Assembly (NCBI GenBank): GCA_964291265.2 | Contig: OZ219747.1 | Span: forward strand, 2,624,001 to 2,688,000 | Length of the DNA: 64,000 bases | Origin: Alphaproteobacteria bacterium | GTDB taxonomy: Bacteria; Pseudomonadota; Alphaproteobacteria; SP197 | Direction of reading: 5' to 3' | Part shown: in pieces, positions 22,466 to 33,533 of the stretch | Position numbering within the stretch: position 1 is the first letter of the stretch | Layout of the letters: the number at the start of each line of letters is the position of its first letter | The notes under the pieces: generated by a model | Database searches by the model: none | Told to the model about the DNA's origin: nothing | What the model saw: only the letters and a program-made list of their open reading frames with translations | Translations under genes and position numbers: made by a program

Positions 22466-24025
22466 ATGATTGAAAGGCGTTTCAGAGAATTATGGGAACA
22501 GTTGCAGGGCAAGAAGCCCCACCTGCCACATTTCCTCGCGGAAATTCACCTGCGCGGGATTCGAGGCATCGACAACCTGCGGACCGTGTTCGACTATCCG
22601 GTCAGTGTCATCGCCGGCGGCAACGCCAGTGGGAAATCGACCGTTCTGTTTGCGGCAGCCTGTGCCTACCGGGTGCCCGGTGCCGGCGTGAAGGACTTCG
22701 TGCCCTCAACACTGTTTCCCGATTACCGCCCGAAGCTCGGGGTACGCGAGGATCACAGGGGCGAAGTTCGTATCGACTTCGACTATGCGACGCCGGAAGG
22801 TCGGCGCTCCATGCGATGGCGACGCTCCAAGGGCTGGAACCGAAGCTTCCTTGGCCGAAAGAAAGCCAGCCAGCCGAAGCGGCCTGTCTATCTCAGAACT
22901 CTCAGCAATCTCAGCAATCCCTCCGAAGTGCGCGGAGTTCTGAGCATGTCTCGCTCGACTCATACGGTCGAGGAGACAGTTCTGCCTGCCTCGCAGATTG
23001 AGTTTGCACATCGGATGCTTCCCTTTCGATATTCCGAGGTCGTGAATCTATCGAGTGGAACCAAGAGCTTGCTCTTTGCTGCCCAGGAAGGTGGCGCGGC
23101 GTACTCCGAACTGCACATGTCCGCCGGCGAGAGAGCCATTCTTCGTCTTTCCCGGGAAGTCGCCCAACTCAGGGGGGCGTTGATCCTGATCGACGAAGTG
23201 GAGGCGGGATTGCATCCTTGGGTGCAACAGCTTCTCATGTTGCAGTTGCAGCAGTTGGCGCTGCGCAACGACCTTCAACTCATTGTCACGTCCCACAGTC
23301 CGGTCGTTCTGGATTCGGTGCCGGCGAACGGACGTGTCTTCCTCGAACGCGACGATGCCGGTCAGGTTAAGGTCCGCCCTCCCTATCGCGATGTCGTGCA
23401 GAACGCGCTCTACGGACGGTCGGGGGAGGCCCTCAACCTCCTTTGCGAGGACGAGGTAGCCGAAGGCATTTTGCAAGGCGTGTTCGATGTCCTTCTTCCT
23501 CGGCAGAGGATCAGGCCGGGAATGGTTCGCATCGGTCGTGACACAGGAGCGGAGGAGTTTCCGTCCCACGCGGCCGCATTTCGGAAGTTCGGTCAGATTG
23601 ACAGCTTTGTTTTTGTTCTCGACGGCGACAAACGCGGAAGCCCAGCGGAATTGAAGTTGCGTGATCAAGCAGGGGATGAGTCGACCTTGTTCCTTCCCGG
23701 TGACGCACCGGAGGTCTGGATATGGCGCGCGTTGAGGGAGTTCTCTGCCGGGGAAGCCAGCGAACTGGGTGTTGGATCGGACGACCTCGCAGCACGCATG
23801 AATCAATTGGATTCGATCTATGATTCGGCATCGGACTCTCCTGCGCGGATCGCCAAGACCAAACTGAGTGGTCTCGCTGAAGGTCAGGGTCGGCATGCAT
23901 CGGATATTGCCCGCCTGGTCGGACGATTGGAGACAGGGAAACCGGAGAGCAGCATTCAGCCGTTGGTGGAGAGGCTGGAAAACGCGCTGCTCCGCTGGCG
24001 AACTGCCAACCTGTTGTCACGTTGA
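22466..24025 (+). CDS. ABC-type ATPase with C-terminal TOPRIM-like domain (OLD-like candidate defence nuclease)
   Basis: GGNASGKST, MSAGE, LIDEVEAGLHP, TSHS; C-terminal LCEDEVAE and VLDGD. Confidence 0.7.
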   Translation: MIERRFRELWEQLQGKKPHLPHFLAEIHLRGIRGIDNLRTVFDYPVSVIAGGNASGKSTVLFAAACAYRVPGAGVKDFVPSTLFPDYRPKLGVREDHRGEVRIDFDYATPEGRRSMRWRRSKGWNRSFLGRKKASQPKRPVYLRTLSNLSNPSEVRGVLSMSRSTHTVEETVLPASQIEFAHRMLPFRYSEVVNLSSGTKSLLFAAQEGGAAYSELHMSAGERAILRLSREVAQLRGALILIDEVEAGLHPWVQQLLMLQLQQLALRNDLQLIVTSHSPVVLDSVPANGRVFLERDDAGQVKVRPPYRDVVQNALYGRSGEALNLLCEDEVAEGILQGVFDVLLPRQRIRPGMVRIGRDTGAEEFPSHAAAFRKFGQIDSFVFVLDGDKRGSPAELKLRDQAGDESTLFLPGDAPEVWIWRALREFSAGEASELGVGSDDLAARMNQLDSIYDSASDSPARIAKTKLSGLAEGQGRHASDIARLVGRLETGKPESSIQPLVERLENALLRWRTANLLSR

Positions 24026-24095
24026 TGGCGCTCATGGAAACTCACTGGCAAGGAAGACAACGGCTGAAGACAACACCGATACTGATGCAGGCCGC

Positions 24096-24614
24096 TCAGC
24101 TGGACAGTACTCCGATCTTCATCATGGCGAGGACGTTGGTGAGCGAGCTTTTCGCAGCGGGTGGCGATGCGCCGGAACGTCTTGAGTTTGTTGAAGGCGC
24201 GTTCGATCCGGTTGCGCAGTCGATACAACGGTTTGAAGATGCCGAAGGACTCATGAGAGGACGGCTTCCAGCGGTGTTTCCGCCGCGGCAGCGCCTGGCA
24301 AGGCCCAGGAAAAGCGGCGCCTTCCCCTTGCGCGACGGCGTTGTCTCCTCGCCGTCCCACAGGTGGGCGAGCACGGCCGCGCCTTCCCGGGGCGCCGCGT
24401 CGAGAGGCAGTTCGGGGAAGCGCCCGAGGATGATCTTGCGCATGCGTCCATTCATGCGGGTCTGGACGATCCAGGACCTGACGCCGGAGAGCTGCGCCCT
24501 GACCCCGAAATGCGCCAGCAGACTCTCCACAGGGTGTATTCCCGTTCCGCCGGCTTCGCTGGCGGCGATGGTCTTCACGGTGAGCCGTATACGATGCCTG
24601 CTGCCGCTCATCAC
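24096..24614 (-). pseudogene. Integrase arm-binding domain fragment fused to IS5-family transposase C-terminal fragment
   Basis: FGVR...SGVRSWIVQ.R.NG..RKI.LGRFPEL; overlapping frame LYRLRNRIERAFNKLK.FRRIATR. Confidence 0.6.
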
Positions 24615-25228
24615 CCGCCCCCTTGCCGCTCATGGCGCGCTGAACCATGCCGGAGATGCGCCGGCCGCCTCGCGGACATGTCTGTCGGCGACATGAGCGT
24701 AGCGTTCAGGGAGGCTGTGTCGGCATGGCCGAGCAGAGCGTGGTGGAGCGACATGGCACCCGGTTCGAGCTCGTTGTCGTGGGCCGGGCCACGTCGCGAT
24801 ACCGATCTTGCGGTCTGACCAGGGAAGAGCATGTTGTTGGCAGTCTGGCGTTCGTCGCGGATTGCGCGGCCGAGCAGGTGGGTTCCGGGGAGGAAGCGCA
24901 TGCAGCCGCTGGCCGATGTCGCTGGCGTGAGAGCAACACAGGCCGTGACGATGTCGAGTGGATCGAGGTTCCGGTAACCGGCATCCTGGTGAAGGGAGAT
25001 ATGACGCCGGTCCTGCGCAGGCCTGGTCTGGATGTCGGCGAACGTCACCACGATGCAGGGCCCGTCATCCGTTCCAATGCATCGAGGGTCGCGGGGCTGG
25101 CGGATCAGTTCGTCCATCCACGTGAAGAGCAGGCAGGACTTGCGTTGTCGGGGATGCGGCGGAGGTCGACGCCGACCGCACCCTCCGCAGGGATGGCCTT
25201 GAGCGGTACCGCAAATCCCGTGGCGCAA
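24611..25228 (-). pseudogene. Phytanoyl-CoA dioxygenase (PhyH)-family remnant
   Basis: HQDA.Y, GCMRFLPGTH, LEPG.MSLHH; degraded ends. Confidence 0.6.
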
Positions 25229-25311
25229 TCATCCAGGATGTCGTGGCGTGTTCCCGATGCCATCCTTCTTGCAGTATACTCCGCCCCCAAGGATTGCCGA
25301 CAGGAGATACC

Positions 25312-26319
25312 ATGGGCAGGTTCTATTTTGATGACGATGCCGATCCGGCCCTGCTCGATGGCAGGACGGTTGCCGTGATCGGTTACGGCAACCAGGGACG
25401 CAGCCAGGCGCTCAACATGAAGGATCGTGGTGTCGACGTGGTCGTCGGCAACATCGAGGACGAGTACGCAGAAAGCGCGCGGGCTGACGGATGGGATCTC
25501 CTGACCATTGAAGAGGCCGCAGCCCGGGCCGATGTCCTGATGATGCTGACGTCCGATGACAGTCAGCCCGATGTCTATGAGAACCGGGTGAAGAACAGCC
25601 TCAAGCCCGGTGATGTCATGTGCTTTGCCCATGGTTTCAACATCCATTACGGCGAGATTGTCCCGGATCCGCAGACGGATGTCATCATGGTGGCGCCGCG
25701 CATGCTCGGAGAGGGCGTGCGGGCGACGTTCCTTGAGGGGCGAGGCTTTCCGAGCCTCATCGCCGTCGCCCAGGATGGCAGCGGCAGGGCTCTCGACATG
25801 TGCCTTGCGGTCTCCTGGGCTATCGGCACGACCAGAATGGGGGCGCTGGAATCGAGTTTCGGCGAAGAGGTCCTCATCGATCTCTTCGAGGAACATCAGC
25901 CGGGACTCTATGCCCTGCGCGTCATGTACACGGCCCTCGTCGAGGCGGGCTGTTCTCCCGAAGCGGTCATGCTCGACCTCTATGCCTCCGGTGAAAGCGT
26001 CAAGTTCGCCGAGTACGGGCGCGACCTCGGCGCCTTCGAGCGCATGAAACGGACGAGCGCCACGGCGCAGTTCGGCCATCTCGTGTGGTCGAAACAGTAC
26101 TTCGACGAGGAACGGACACTCGAAGGCATGCGCCGGATGATCGCCAACATCAAGGACGGCAGCTTCATCCGTGCCCTGAAGGCCGAACGGCAGAAGAACA
26201 GGCCGGCGGTCGAAGCTGTCTGGCAGGAGAACAACGATCACGATCTTGTCCGCCGTGAACACGACCTCTACCAGCTGCTCGGGCGCCGGGCAAAGGGCGC
26301 GTCGCCCCCCGGGACCTGA
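25312..26319 (+). CDS. Ketol-acid reductoisomerase-like protein (IlvC paralogue)
   Basis: VIGYGNQGRSQALNMKD, FAHGFNIH, MVAPR, DLFEEH. Confidence 0.8.
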   Translation: MGRFYFDDDADPALLDGRTVAVIGYGNQGRSQALNMKDRGVDVVVGNIEDEYAESARADGWDLLTIEEAAARADVLMMLTSDDSQPDVYENRVKNSLKPGDVMCFAHGFNIHYGEIVPDPQTDVIMVAPRMLGEGVRATFLEGRGFPSLIAVAQDGSGRALDMCLAVSWAIGTTRMGALESSFGEEVLIDLFEEHQPGLYALRVMYTALVEAGCSPEAVMLDLYASGESVKFAEYGRDLGAFERMKRTSATAQFGHLVWSKQYFDEERTLEGMRRMIANIKDGSFIRALKAERQKNRPAVEAVWQENNDHDLVRREHDLYQLLGRRAKGASPPGT

Positions 26320-26390
26320 CGACGGGACTCATGGCGGTGCGGGGCCGGCTGACGCAGTTCGGTGCCCGGTGAAGCAACCGATTCTCACGC

Positions 26391-28457
26391 ATGCCGCACG
26401 ATACGGACAGGACCCGCACGATGTGTGAAGACAGCTGGCGCCTCGGCGTCGATATCGGTGGAACCTTCACCGACTTGCAGCTCATGAACAACCGGTCGGG
26501 AGAGGTGGTGGCGCTGAAGACGCCGTCGACGCCGGAGGATCCGTCGCTGGCGGTGGCGAGAGGACTCGAGGACGTCGCCAAGCGTCATGGCATTGACCCT
26601 GCCTCCATCCGCTACTTCGCCCACGGCACCACGATCGCGGTCAACACGCTTCTCGAGCGCAAGGGTGCGTGCACCGGGGTGCTGATGACCCAGGGCTTTA
26701 CCGATACGCTCGAGCTGCGCCGCCTGCGTCTTCCGAAGGCGAACGACTTCTTCGTGCCCCGGCCCGTTCCGCTGGTGCCCCGTCGGCTGGTCCGTCCGGT
26801 CGACGAAAGGCTGAAGGCCAACGGGGAAGTGATCAGGCCGTTGCGGCGCGAGGACGTGGAGGAACAGGTCCGGACCCTGCTTGACGACGGCGCGGAGACC
26901 ATTGCCGTGTGCCTGCTCCACGCATATCGCAATCCACGTCACGAACGACTGGCAAGACAGTGGATCACGGAGAGTTTCCCGGAGACCTACGTCACGATCT
27001 CGACCGACGTGTGGCCCCAGCAGCGGGAGTATGAACGCGCGCTCGTCAGTGTCATCAACGCGTATGTCGGCGGTCGCATGGAGGCGTATCTCACCACCCT
27101 CGAGAAACGGACACGGGACCTTGCCATGCCTTGCCGTGTCTTTTCGACGAAGTCGAACGGTGGCGTGATGACCGCCGCCTCGGCGGCCCGCCGGCCGGTC
27201 GAGACCCTTCTCTCCGGTCCGGCCTCGGGGGTCATCGGTGCCCGCCATGTCGCCAGTTCCATCGGAGACGATCAGCTCGTCACCCTCGACATGGGCGGCA
27301 CCAGTGTCGACGTATCGATCATCCAGGGAGGAGTCATCGGCCAGGCGACCGACAACACGATCGGGGACATCCCGGTCATCATGCCGGCTGTCGATGTGTC
27401 GGCGGTCGGCGCCGGCGGCGGTTCGATTGCCTGGACGGACAGCGAAGGCGTGCTCAAGGTGGGCCCCCGGAGCGCCGGGGCCCTGCCGGGTCCGGCCTGC
27501 TATGGCAGGGGAGGCGCCGAGCCAACCGTCACCGATGCCTATCTCGTGGCCGGTATCATCGCCGAGAACGGCCTCCTCGATGGCGCGATGGTGCTCGATC
27601 ACGCGCGGGCCCATGCCGCAATCGACCGGCTGGCGGCCGTCATCGGCCGCTCGCGCCATGAAACCGCCGATGCGATTCTCCAGGTGACGACAGCCAACAT
27701 CTACGCACAGCTGCTCCCTCTGATGGCGCGGCGGGGGATCGACACGACGGGCTTTTCCATGCTGGCCTATGGTGCCGCCGGCCCGACACAGGCCTTCATG
27801 CTGGCCCGCGAACTCGACCTGCGCCGCGTCATCGTGCCGCCCGCCCCCGGGACGTTGTGCGCCCTTGGGTGCCTCGTTGCGGACTTTCGTGCCGACTTCG
27901 TCCAGAGCGTGTGGCGTGACCTCGACACCCTCTCGGACAGGGATCTTGGCGAGACCTTCGCCCTTCTCGAGAATGAGTCTCGCGCCTGGTTGGCCGAACA
28001 GGATGCCGGGGTAGCGGACGTTCACGTCCTGCGTTCGGCGGATCTTTGCCATATCGGTCAATCCTACGAGATCAACGTGCCGTTTCCGGACGTTGCGGAA
28101 TTGTCGACGGAAGACCTTGGTCGATGGTTTCTCGAGCGTTATCAGAAGGTCTACGGCTACCACGACCCGCACGCGCCCGTGCGGATGCTGGAAGCTCGCC
28201 TGCAGATTGTCGGTGTCACGCCCTCGCTTCCGGTCGTTTTCCGACCTGCCGGAGGCGGCGCTCCCCGGGACGTGCGACGTGTTCATGAAGCGGGCGACGA
28301 GGTCGAGGCGCACGTGTGGCGGCGCCATGACCTGCGGCAGGGGGAGAACTATCCCGGCCCCCTGGTGATCGAGCAGTACGACACCACGACATGGGTGCCG
28401 CCGGGATTCGTGTTGACGGTGGATGAATTCGGGAACCTCATCGGGGAACGCAGCTGA
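26391..28457 (+). CDS. Hydantoinase A/oxoprolinase family protein
   Basis: DIGGTFTD, HGTT..VN, SGPASG, DMGGTS.D, GAGGGS. Confidence 0.92.
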   Translation: MPHDTDRTRTMCEDSWRLGVDIGGTFTDLQLMNNRSGEVVALKTPSTPEDPSLAVARGLEDVAKRHGIDPASIRYFAHGTTIAVNTLLERKGACTGVLMTQGFTDTLELRRLRLPKANDFFVPRPVPLVPRRLVRPVDERLKANGEVIRPLRREDVEEQVRTLLDDGAETIAVCLLHAYRNPRHERLARQWITESFPETYVTISTDVWPQQREYERALVSVINAYVGGRMEAYLTTLEKRTRDLAMPCRVFSTKSNGGVMTAASAARRPVETLLSGPASGVIGARHVASSIGDDQLVTLDMGGTSVDVSIIQGGVIGQATDNTIGDIPVIMPAVDVSAVGAGGGSIAWTDSEGVLKVGPRSAGALPGPACYGRGGAEPTVTDAYLVAGIIAENGLLDGAMVLDHARAHAAIDRLAAVIGRSRHETADAILQVTTANIYAQLLPLMARRGIDTTGFSMLAYGAAGPTQAFMLARELDLRRVIVPPAPGTLCALGCLVADFRADFVQSVWRDLDTLSDRDLGETFALLENESRAWLAEQDAGVADVHVLRSADLCHIGQSYEINVPFPDVAELSTEDLGRWFLERYQKVYGYHDPHAPVRMLEARLQIVGVTPSLPVVFRPAGGGAPRDVRRVHEAGDEVEAHVWRRHDLRQGENYPGPLVIEQYDTTTWVPPGFVLTVDEFGNLIGERS

Positions 28458-30445
28458 TGGACGACCCCGTTCGCCTCGAGATCCTTCTCAACCGCTTTCA
28501 GGCCATTGTCGACGAGATGGCGGGCGTGATTTCGCGCACGGCGCACACCGTCTTCGTCAAGGAAACCCAGGACTACGGTTCGGTTCTCGTGTCGCGGTCC
28601 GGTGAGGTGTTCGCCGCGCCGCGCCGCTACGGGGTGCTGATGATGATCGGCATGCCCATGGCCGGAGCCCTGGAGCGGATCGGTGACGATGTCGGGGAGG
28701 GCGATGTCTTCATGTCCAATGATCCGGATGCCACCCGGGGCATGGCGACCCATCTCTCCGATGTCTACCTGTGGGCGCCCATCCATGTCGACGGCGCCGT
28801 GCTGTGCTGGGCGTGGACATTCATCCATGTCTCGGACATCGGAGGCCGGGTTCCCGGATCGATCGCGCCGTCGAGTTACGAGATCATCCAGGAAGGCCTG
28901 CGGATCCCGCCACAGAAACTCTACCGCGGTGGCGTGCTCAACCAGCCTCTTCTGGACATGATTCTCGCCAACTGCCGGACTCCGGAGGGCAACTGGGGCG
29001 ACATGAAGGCCTGTCTCGCCGGACTGGCCACGGCCGGGCGAAGGGTGCGGCACCTCGTCGACCACTACGGCAGCGACGTGATCGATCAGACGATCGACGA
29101 GGCTCTGGACTATGCCGAGACCCAGGCGCGCCGGGTGATCGCCCATGTTCCCGACGGCTGTTATCGCTATACCGACTACATCGAGGCCGACATGGTGGGC
29201 CTCGGCCTGGTGCGCATCCATGTCACGCTGACGGTAGACGGCGATGACATGCTGCTTGACTTCACGGGAACGGCACCCCAGGTGAGGGCCGCTCTCAACA
29301 TCCCGACCTACAACCAGGACGGGCACTGGATGCTGATCACCGGCCTGGTGAACTGGATGTGCACCCAGGCGTCGGCCATCACCTACAATGCCGGCCTGGT
29401 GCGGCCGCTCAGGGTGACGATCCCGAAGGGAACAATTCTCAATCCCGAGCCCGGGGCCGCCTGCGGCGCGCGCTATTCAACCAGCCACAAGGTGTGCGAT
29501 GTCACCGTTGGGGCCCTGGCCCAGGCTGTGCCGATGCAGTTGCCGGCGACGGATTCGGGACAGGGGTCCATCCTCCTCGTTTCGGTTCCCGATCTGGAGA
29601 CCGGCGGCACCAGGGTGTCGGTGATCCAGCCCATCGTCGGTGGCTCCGGCGGCCGACCGGTGGCGGATGGTGTCGATGGCACCATGGTGATTCTCAACTT
29701 TCTCAAGAACATCCCGACAGAGATTTTCGAGAACGAGATGCCGGAAATCCTCATCCGCCACTACGGACTGAGGGAAGACTCGGGCGGCCCGGGCCGCTAC
29801 AGGGGAGGCACCGGCATCGAGATCGAAATCGAGACGTCTTCGCCTTACACCTCGATCACGTCGCGGTGCATGGAGCGCTATGTCTTCGGTCCGCCCGGCA
29901 GGCTGGGCGGGCACATGGGCGCCACGGGATACACCATGCTCAATCCGGGAACGCCGCTGCAGCGTGACCTCGGCAAGATCGATGTCCTCGAACTGGAACC
30001 CGGCGATGTCCTGAGGATCGGAACCCAGGGCGGAGGCGGCTTCGGTGATCCCCTCGAGAGACCGGAGGCTGATGTTGCCGTCGATGTCGCCAATGGCGTC
30101 GTGCATCGAACCGGTGCGGAGCGCCACTACGGTGTCGTGCTCGATGTCGACGGCGCCATCGATGCTGTGGCGACAGCAGACCGTCGTCAGGCCATCCGCC
30201 GGGAGCGAGGCTGGCAGGATCCGCCGCTTTACGGTTTCGGTGAGGCCCGGGAGGCATGGTCCGCGCTGTGGTCAGATGATCTCGAGGATGCCATCTCGAA
30301 GGCCACCGAAGACCTGCCGGTACAGCTGCGGCAATTCGTCCATCAGAAACTCACCGAGGCGATCCGCCAGCGTCTCGATGAGGGAGAATCCGTGCCGCCT
30401 GCTTCGGTTCCCGCTCTCCTCGCTTCCGTGAACCCCGGATCGTGA
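28457..30445 (+). CDS. Hydantoinase B/oxoprolinase family protein
   Basis: NDP....HL.D, H..DIGG.VPGS, SGGPGRYRGG, GGGGFGDP. Confidence 0.92.
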   Translation: MDDPVRLEILLNRFQAIVDEMAGVISRTAHTVFVKETQDYGSVLVSRSGEVFAAPRRYGVLMMIGMPMAGALERIGDDVGEGDVFMSNDPDATRGMATHLSDVYLWAPIHVDGAVLCWAWTFIHVSDIGGRVPGSIAPSSYEIIQEGLRIPPQKLYRGGVLNQPLLDMILANCRTPEGNWGDMKACLAGLATAGRRVRHLVDHYGSDVIDQTIDEALDYAETQARRVIAHVPDGCYRYTDYIEADMVGLGLVRIHVTLTVDGDDMLLDFTGTAPQVRAALNIPTYNQDGHWMLITGLVNWMCTQASAITYNAGLVRPLRVTIPKGTILNPEPGAACGARYSTSHKVCDVTVGALAQAVPMQLPATDSGQGSILLVSVPDLETGGTRVSVIQPIVGGSGGRPVADGVDGTMVILNFLKNIPTEIFENEMPEILIRHYGLREDSGGPGRYRGGTGIEIEIETSSPYTSITSRCMERYVFGPPGRLGGHMGATGYTMLNPGTPLQRDLGKIDVLELEPGDVLRIGTQGGGGFGDPLERPEADVAVDVANGVVHRTGAERHYGVVLDVDGAIDAVATADRRQAIRRERGWQDPPLYGFGEAREAWSALWSDDLEDAISKATEDLPVQLRQFVHQKLTEAIRQRLDEGESVPPASVPALLASVNPGS

Positions 30446-30534
30446 CGGCCCGGGGCCGCAGCGGGCGGGAACGCGTCACGCGCGAATGCGGCACAACCGT
30501 GGCGCCACTCGATGCCGGAGTGCCCGCAGGACGG

Positions 30535-31728
30535 TCAGGAAAGGGCGCCGTGGGGGAGATTCATGTTGGCCGCATCGCTTCCCAGGGAACCGGCGAGGAG
30601 GCGCAGGGTCGAGTTGAACTCGTCGGCCTCGATGTTGCATGACCTCATGTAGCGGTCGCTGTCGGCGGCGAACTCCGTCCTGCCGTGGAGCACCCGCTGA
30701 TTGTTGAAGAACAGCGCTTCGCCGGAGGCGCAGGGGAGCGTGATCCGGTATGCCGGATCGAAGAGCATTTCCTGGAGGAGACGCATGGCGCGATAGAAGG
30801 AGCGGATCTCGCCATCGGGGAGATCGCCTGGACCGATGGCCCGGTCGAGAAGGCGGATGCCGGCAATCTCGCCGTCTTCGTCGAGGCTGAAGGCCGGCGC
30901 CCGCATGCGGAAGTCGCGGTCCGGGTTGACGAGGCGTCGGTAGAAGGTGATGGGCCGGGTCGACAGCAGGCGGAAGGCTTCTTCGTTCATCTCCCTGAGG
31001 CGCTTGCCGACGTTGAAGCCGTCGGTCAGGGTCGAGGCCCCGCCATGCGCCGATGCCTGGACAAAATGAAAACAGGTCACGGATGGTGGATTCTGGCGGT
31101 AGGGTTCCGTGTGAGGATCGAGCCTGACATTGAGGTCACCGAGAACGAGAGCGTCCCGCTTGTAGGTGAACTCGTAGATCCTGCCATAGTTCGTGGTCCG
31201 CAACGGGCCTGCCAGAGAGGCGATGGCCTCGGTGTGGTTCGGGTCGCGCGGCACACCGCGCACCAGGACAAATCCGTAGTCCCTGAGCGCCTCCAGCATC
31301 GCCAGATGCGCGGCGCCGCCCTCCTGACATGCGACATAGTCCGCCTCGGGCGCGTGGCCCTCGAGACCGTTGTCCCACAACACCGGCCGGAATCGCCGTC
31401 GATCCCGTTCGGCAGCACTGTTGCATCGGCTGCGCAGCCATTCGCCGGCAAAGCTGCTGGCATGACCGGTGCTTGACCAGACGATGTCCAGAACTCCGTG
31501 CTCGTTCACCCGGGCGCTGGCGATGTGGATATCCTCGGGGATGTCGACGAGTCGCAACGAGCGTATGGCGCTGTGGTAGGTGCCGCACGCGGCGCACTTG
31601 CAGGCATACCTCAGCCAGAGTGCATCAAATCTGCTTCGGTGTCTGTCCTGCCAGTGAACGACCAGATGATCCCCGGCATTGTCGATAGCGGTGATTCGGT
31701 AACGCGCTGTCGAGGAAACCCCGGCCAT
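30535..31728 (-). CDS. TauD/gamma-butyrobetaine hydroxylase-like Fe(II)/2OG dioxygenase
   Basis: N-terminal WLR..C.C..C zinc domain, H-x-E, DGF, FNNQRVLHGR. Confidence 0.85.
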   Translation of the reverse strand: MAGVSSTARYRITAIDNAGDHLVVHWQDRHRSRFDALWLRYACKCAACGTYHSAIRSLRLVDIPEDIHIASARVNEHGVLDIVWSSTGHASSFAGEWLRSRCNSAAERDRRRFRPVLWDNGLEGHAPEADYVACQEGGAAHLAMLEALRDYGFVLVRGVPRDPNHTEAIASLAGPLRTTNYGRIYEFTYKRDALVLGDLNVRLDPHTEPYRQNPPSVTCFHFVQASAHGGASTLTDGFNVGKRLREMNEEAFRLLSTRPITFYRRLVNPDRDFRMRAPAFSLDEDGEIAGIRLLDRAIGPGDLPDGEIRSFYRAMRLLQEMLFDPAYRITLPCASGEALFFNNQRVLHGRTEFAADSDRYMRSCNIEADEFNSTLRLLAGSLGSDAANMNLPHGALS

Positions 31729-31884
31729 GGTGGCACCTCCCGGCGAATCGACACAACGAAAGTTCCACAAAGCTGTTGCCGAGGCAAGCGGGATTGGTTG
31801 CGGTGGCCACAATCCACGATGTCCCTGACAGGCATGACGGGCTGCTGGTAGACTCGGTGCTTCGTCTGATCGGATCGAGACGCC

Positions 31885-32637
31885 ATGGTTCAGCCAAGAG
31901 AGATTCCCGACTCCATGTCCGAGGAGGAATGGCAGGTCCGCTGCGATCTTGCGGCATGCTACCAATTGGTCGATCTCTACGGCTGGTCGGATCTGTCGAG
32001 CACCCATATCTCCGCGCGCATTCCGGGAACCGATGACGTGCTCTTCAACCCCTATGGAGTGCTGTTCGACCAGATCACGGCGAGTTCACTGGCAAGAGTC
32101 GACAGCGGTGGCGAAGGCAACATCAATCCGGCCGGATTTCTCATTCACCGTGCCATCCATGATGCCAGGCCTGACATTCACTGTGTTCTCCACACTCACA
32201 CACGGGCCGGCAATGCCGTGGCCATGCAGGAGGCCGGATTGTTGCCGCTCAGTCAGAAGGCCCTCATCCTGATGGGCTGGATAGGCTACCACGACTTCGA
32301 GGGTGTGGTTCTCGACGCCGGCGAACAGCAACGCCTTGTCCGTGACCTCGACGACAACATGATTCTTGTCCTGCGCAACCACGGTCTGCTGACATGCGGT
32401 GAGAGTGTCGCGGCGGCGTTTGTGTGGATGCACCGCATGGAAGCCGCCTGCCGGTATCAGGTCGACGGCATGGCGGGTGGAACGCCGCTTCGCTATCCGG
32501 ATGAAGGCGTTCAGGAGAAGACCATCGAGCAGGGCCGCCGCATACTCTCCAACTCGGGCCATGCGCGCTCGGGCATGGAGTGGTCGTCGTTGCTCACACA
32601 GCTCGAACGGGAACGCGGGAACGCTTGGCGGACGTGA
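31885..32637 (+). CDS. Class II aldolase/adducin family protein
   Basis: HISAR, IHRAIH, VLHTH, LRNHG. Confidence 0.9.
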   Translation: MVQPREIPDSMSEEEWQVRCDLAACYQLVDLYGWSDLSSTHISARIPGTDDVLFNPYGVLFDQITASSLARVDSGGEGNINPAGFLIHRAIHDARPDIHCVLHTHTRAGNAVAMQEAGLLPLSQKALILMGWIGYHDFEGVVLDAGEQQRLVRDLDDNMILVLRNHGLLTCGESVAAAFVWMHRMEAACRYQVDGMAGGTPLRYPDEGVQEKTIEQGRRILSNSGHARSGMEWSSLLTQLERERGNAWRT

Positions 32638-32640
32638 TTC

Positions 32641-33402
32641 TCATGCGGCGGTGAGGCCGCCGTCGATGACGAATTCGGCACCGGTGACGAACCGGCTCTC
32701 GTTGCCGGCAAGGTAGAGAATCATGTCGGCAACTTCACGCGCCCCGCCCAGGCGGCCGAGAGGGATCTGTGCCTCGAGTTTCCTGCGGGTGTTCTCCGGG
32801 TCGCGGCTGCGCTGGATGAGCGAGTCCACCATCGGTGTCTCGATGAACGCCGGATGCACCGAGTTGCAGCGGATGTCGTAGCGTTTGCGGGCGCAGTGGA
32901 GAGCCACGGACTTGGTGAGCAGGCGCACCGCGCCCTTGCTCGCGTTGTAGGCGGCAAGGTTGTGACCGCCGACAAGACCTGAAACGGAAGAGAGATTGAT
33001 GATCGATCCTCCGCCGGACTGTTTCATGGCGGTGACCGCGTGCTTGCATCCCAGGAAAGTCCCGTCGGCATTGACGGCCATGACCTGGCGCCAGTCCTCA
33101 AGTGTCGTTTCCTCGACGTTGGAGGAGCGCCCTGTTCCGGCACTGTTGACGAGGACCGCAATGGGTCCGTTGACGTTCCCGGCTTCGGCGATCGCCGCCT
33201 TCCATGAGTTCTCGCAGGTCACGTCGTGGTGGATGGCGCACACTGACTGTCCCAGGGGACCGGCGGCCCCGGCCAGCGCCAGTTCGTCGATGTCGCTCAT
33301 CGCCACCCGGGCACCTTCCTCGAGAAGGCGGTGAACGGTCAGCAAACCGATCCCGGATGCGGCGCCGGTGACCAGTGCCGACGTTCCTGTGAACCGTCCC
33401 AT
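32641..33402 (-). CDS. SDR-family oxidoreductase
   Basis: TGAASGIG, YNASK, NSVHP. Confidence 0.9.
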   Translation of the reverse strand: MGRFTGTSALVTGAASGIGLLTVHRLLEEGARVAMSDIDELALAGAAGPLGQSVCAIHHDVTCENSWKAAIAEAGNVNGPIAVLVNSAGTGRSSNVEETTLEDWRQVMAVNADGTFLGCKHAVTAMKQSGGGSIINLSSVSGLVGGHNLAAYNASKGAVRLLTKSVALHCARKRYDIRCNSVHPAFIETPMVDSLIQRSRDPENTRRKLEAQIPLGRLGGAREVADMILYLAGNESRFVTGAEFVIDGGLTAA

Positions 33403-33533
33403 GGCCTTTCAATCTCCATGCCGCCGCAGGCAGCGACGATAGGCGAGGCGACGGCGGTACGGCAACCATCGACCGTTGCAGCTGCTTTCAGGAGGGCGCA
33501 CCATGAACCTTCCGACAGTCGGAGAAAGAACCC

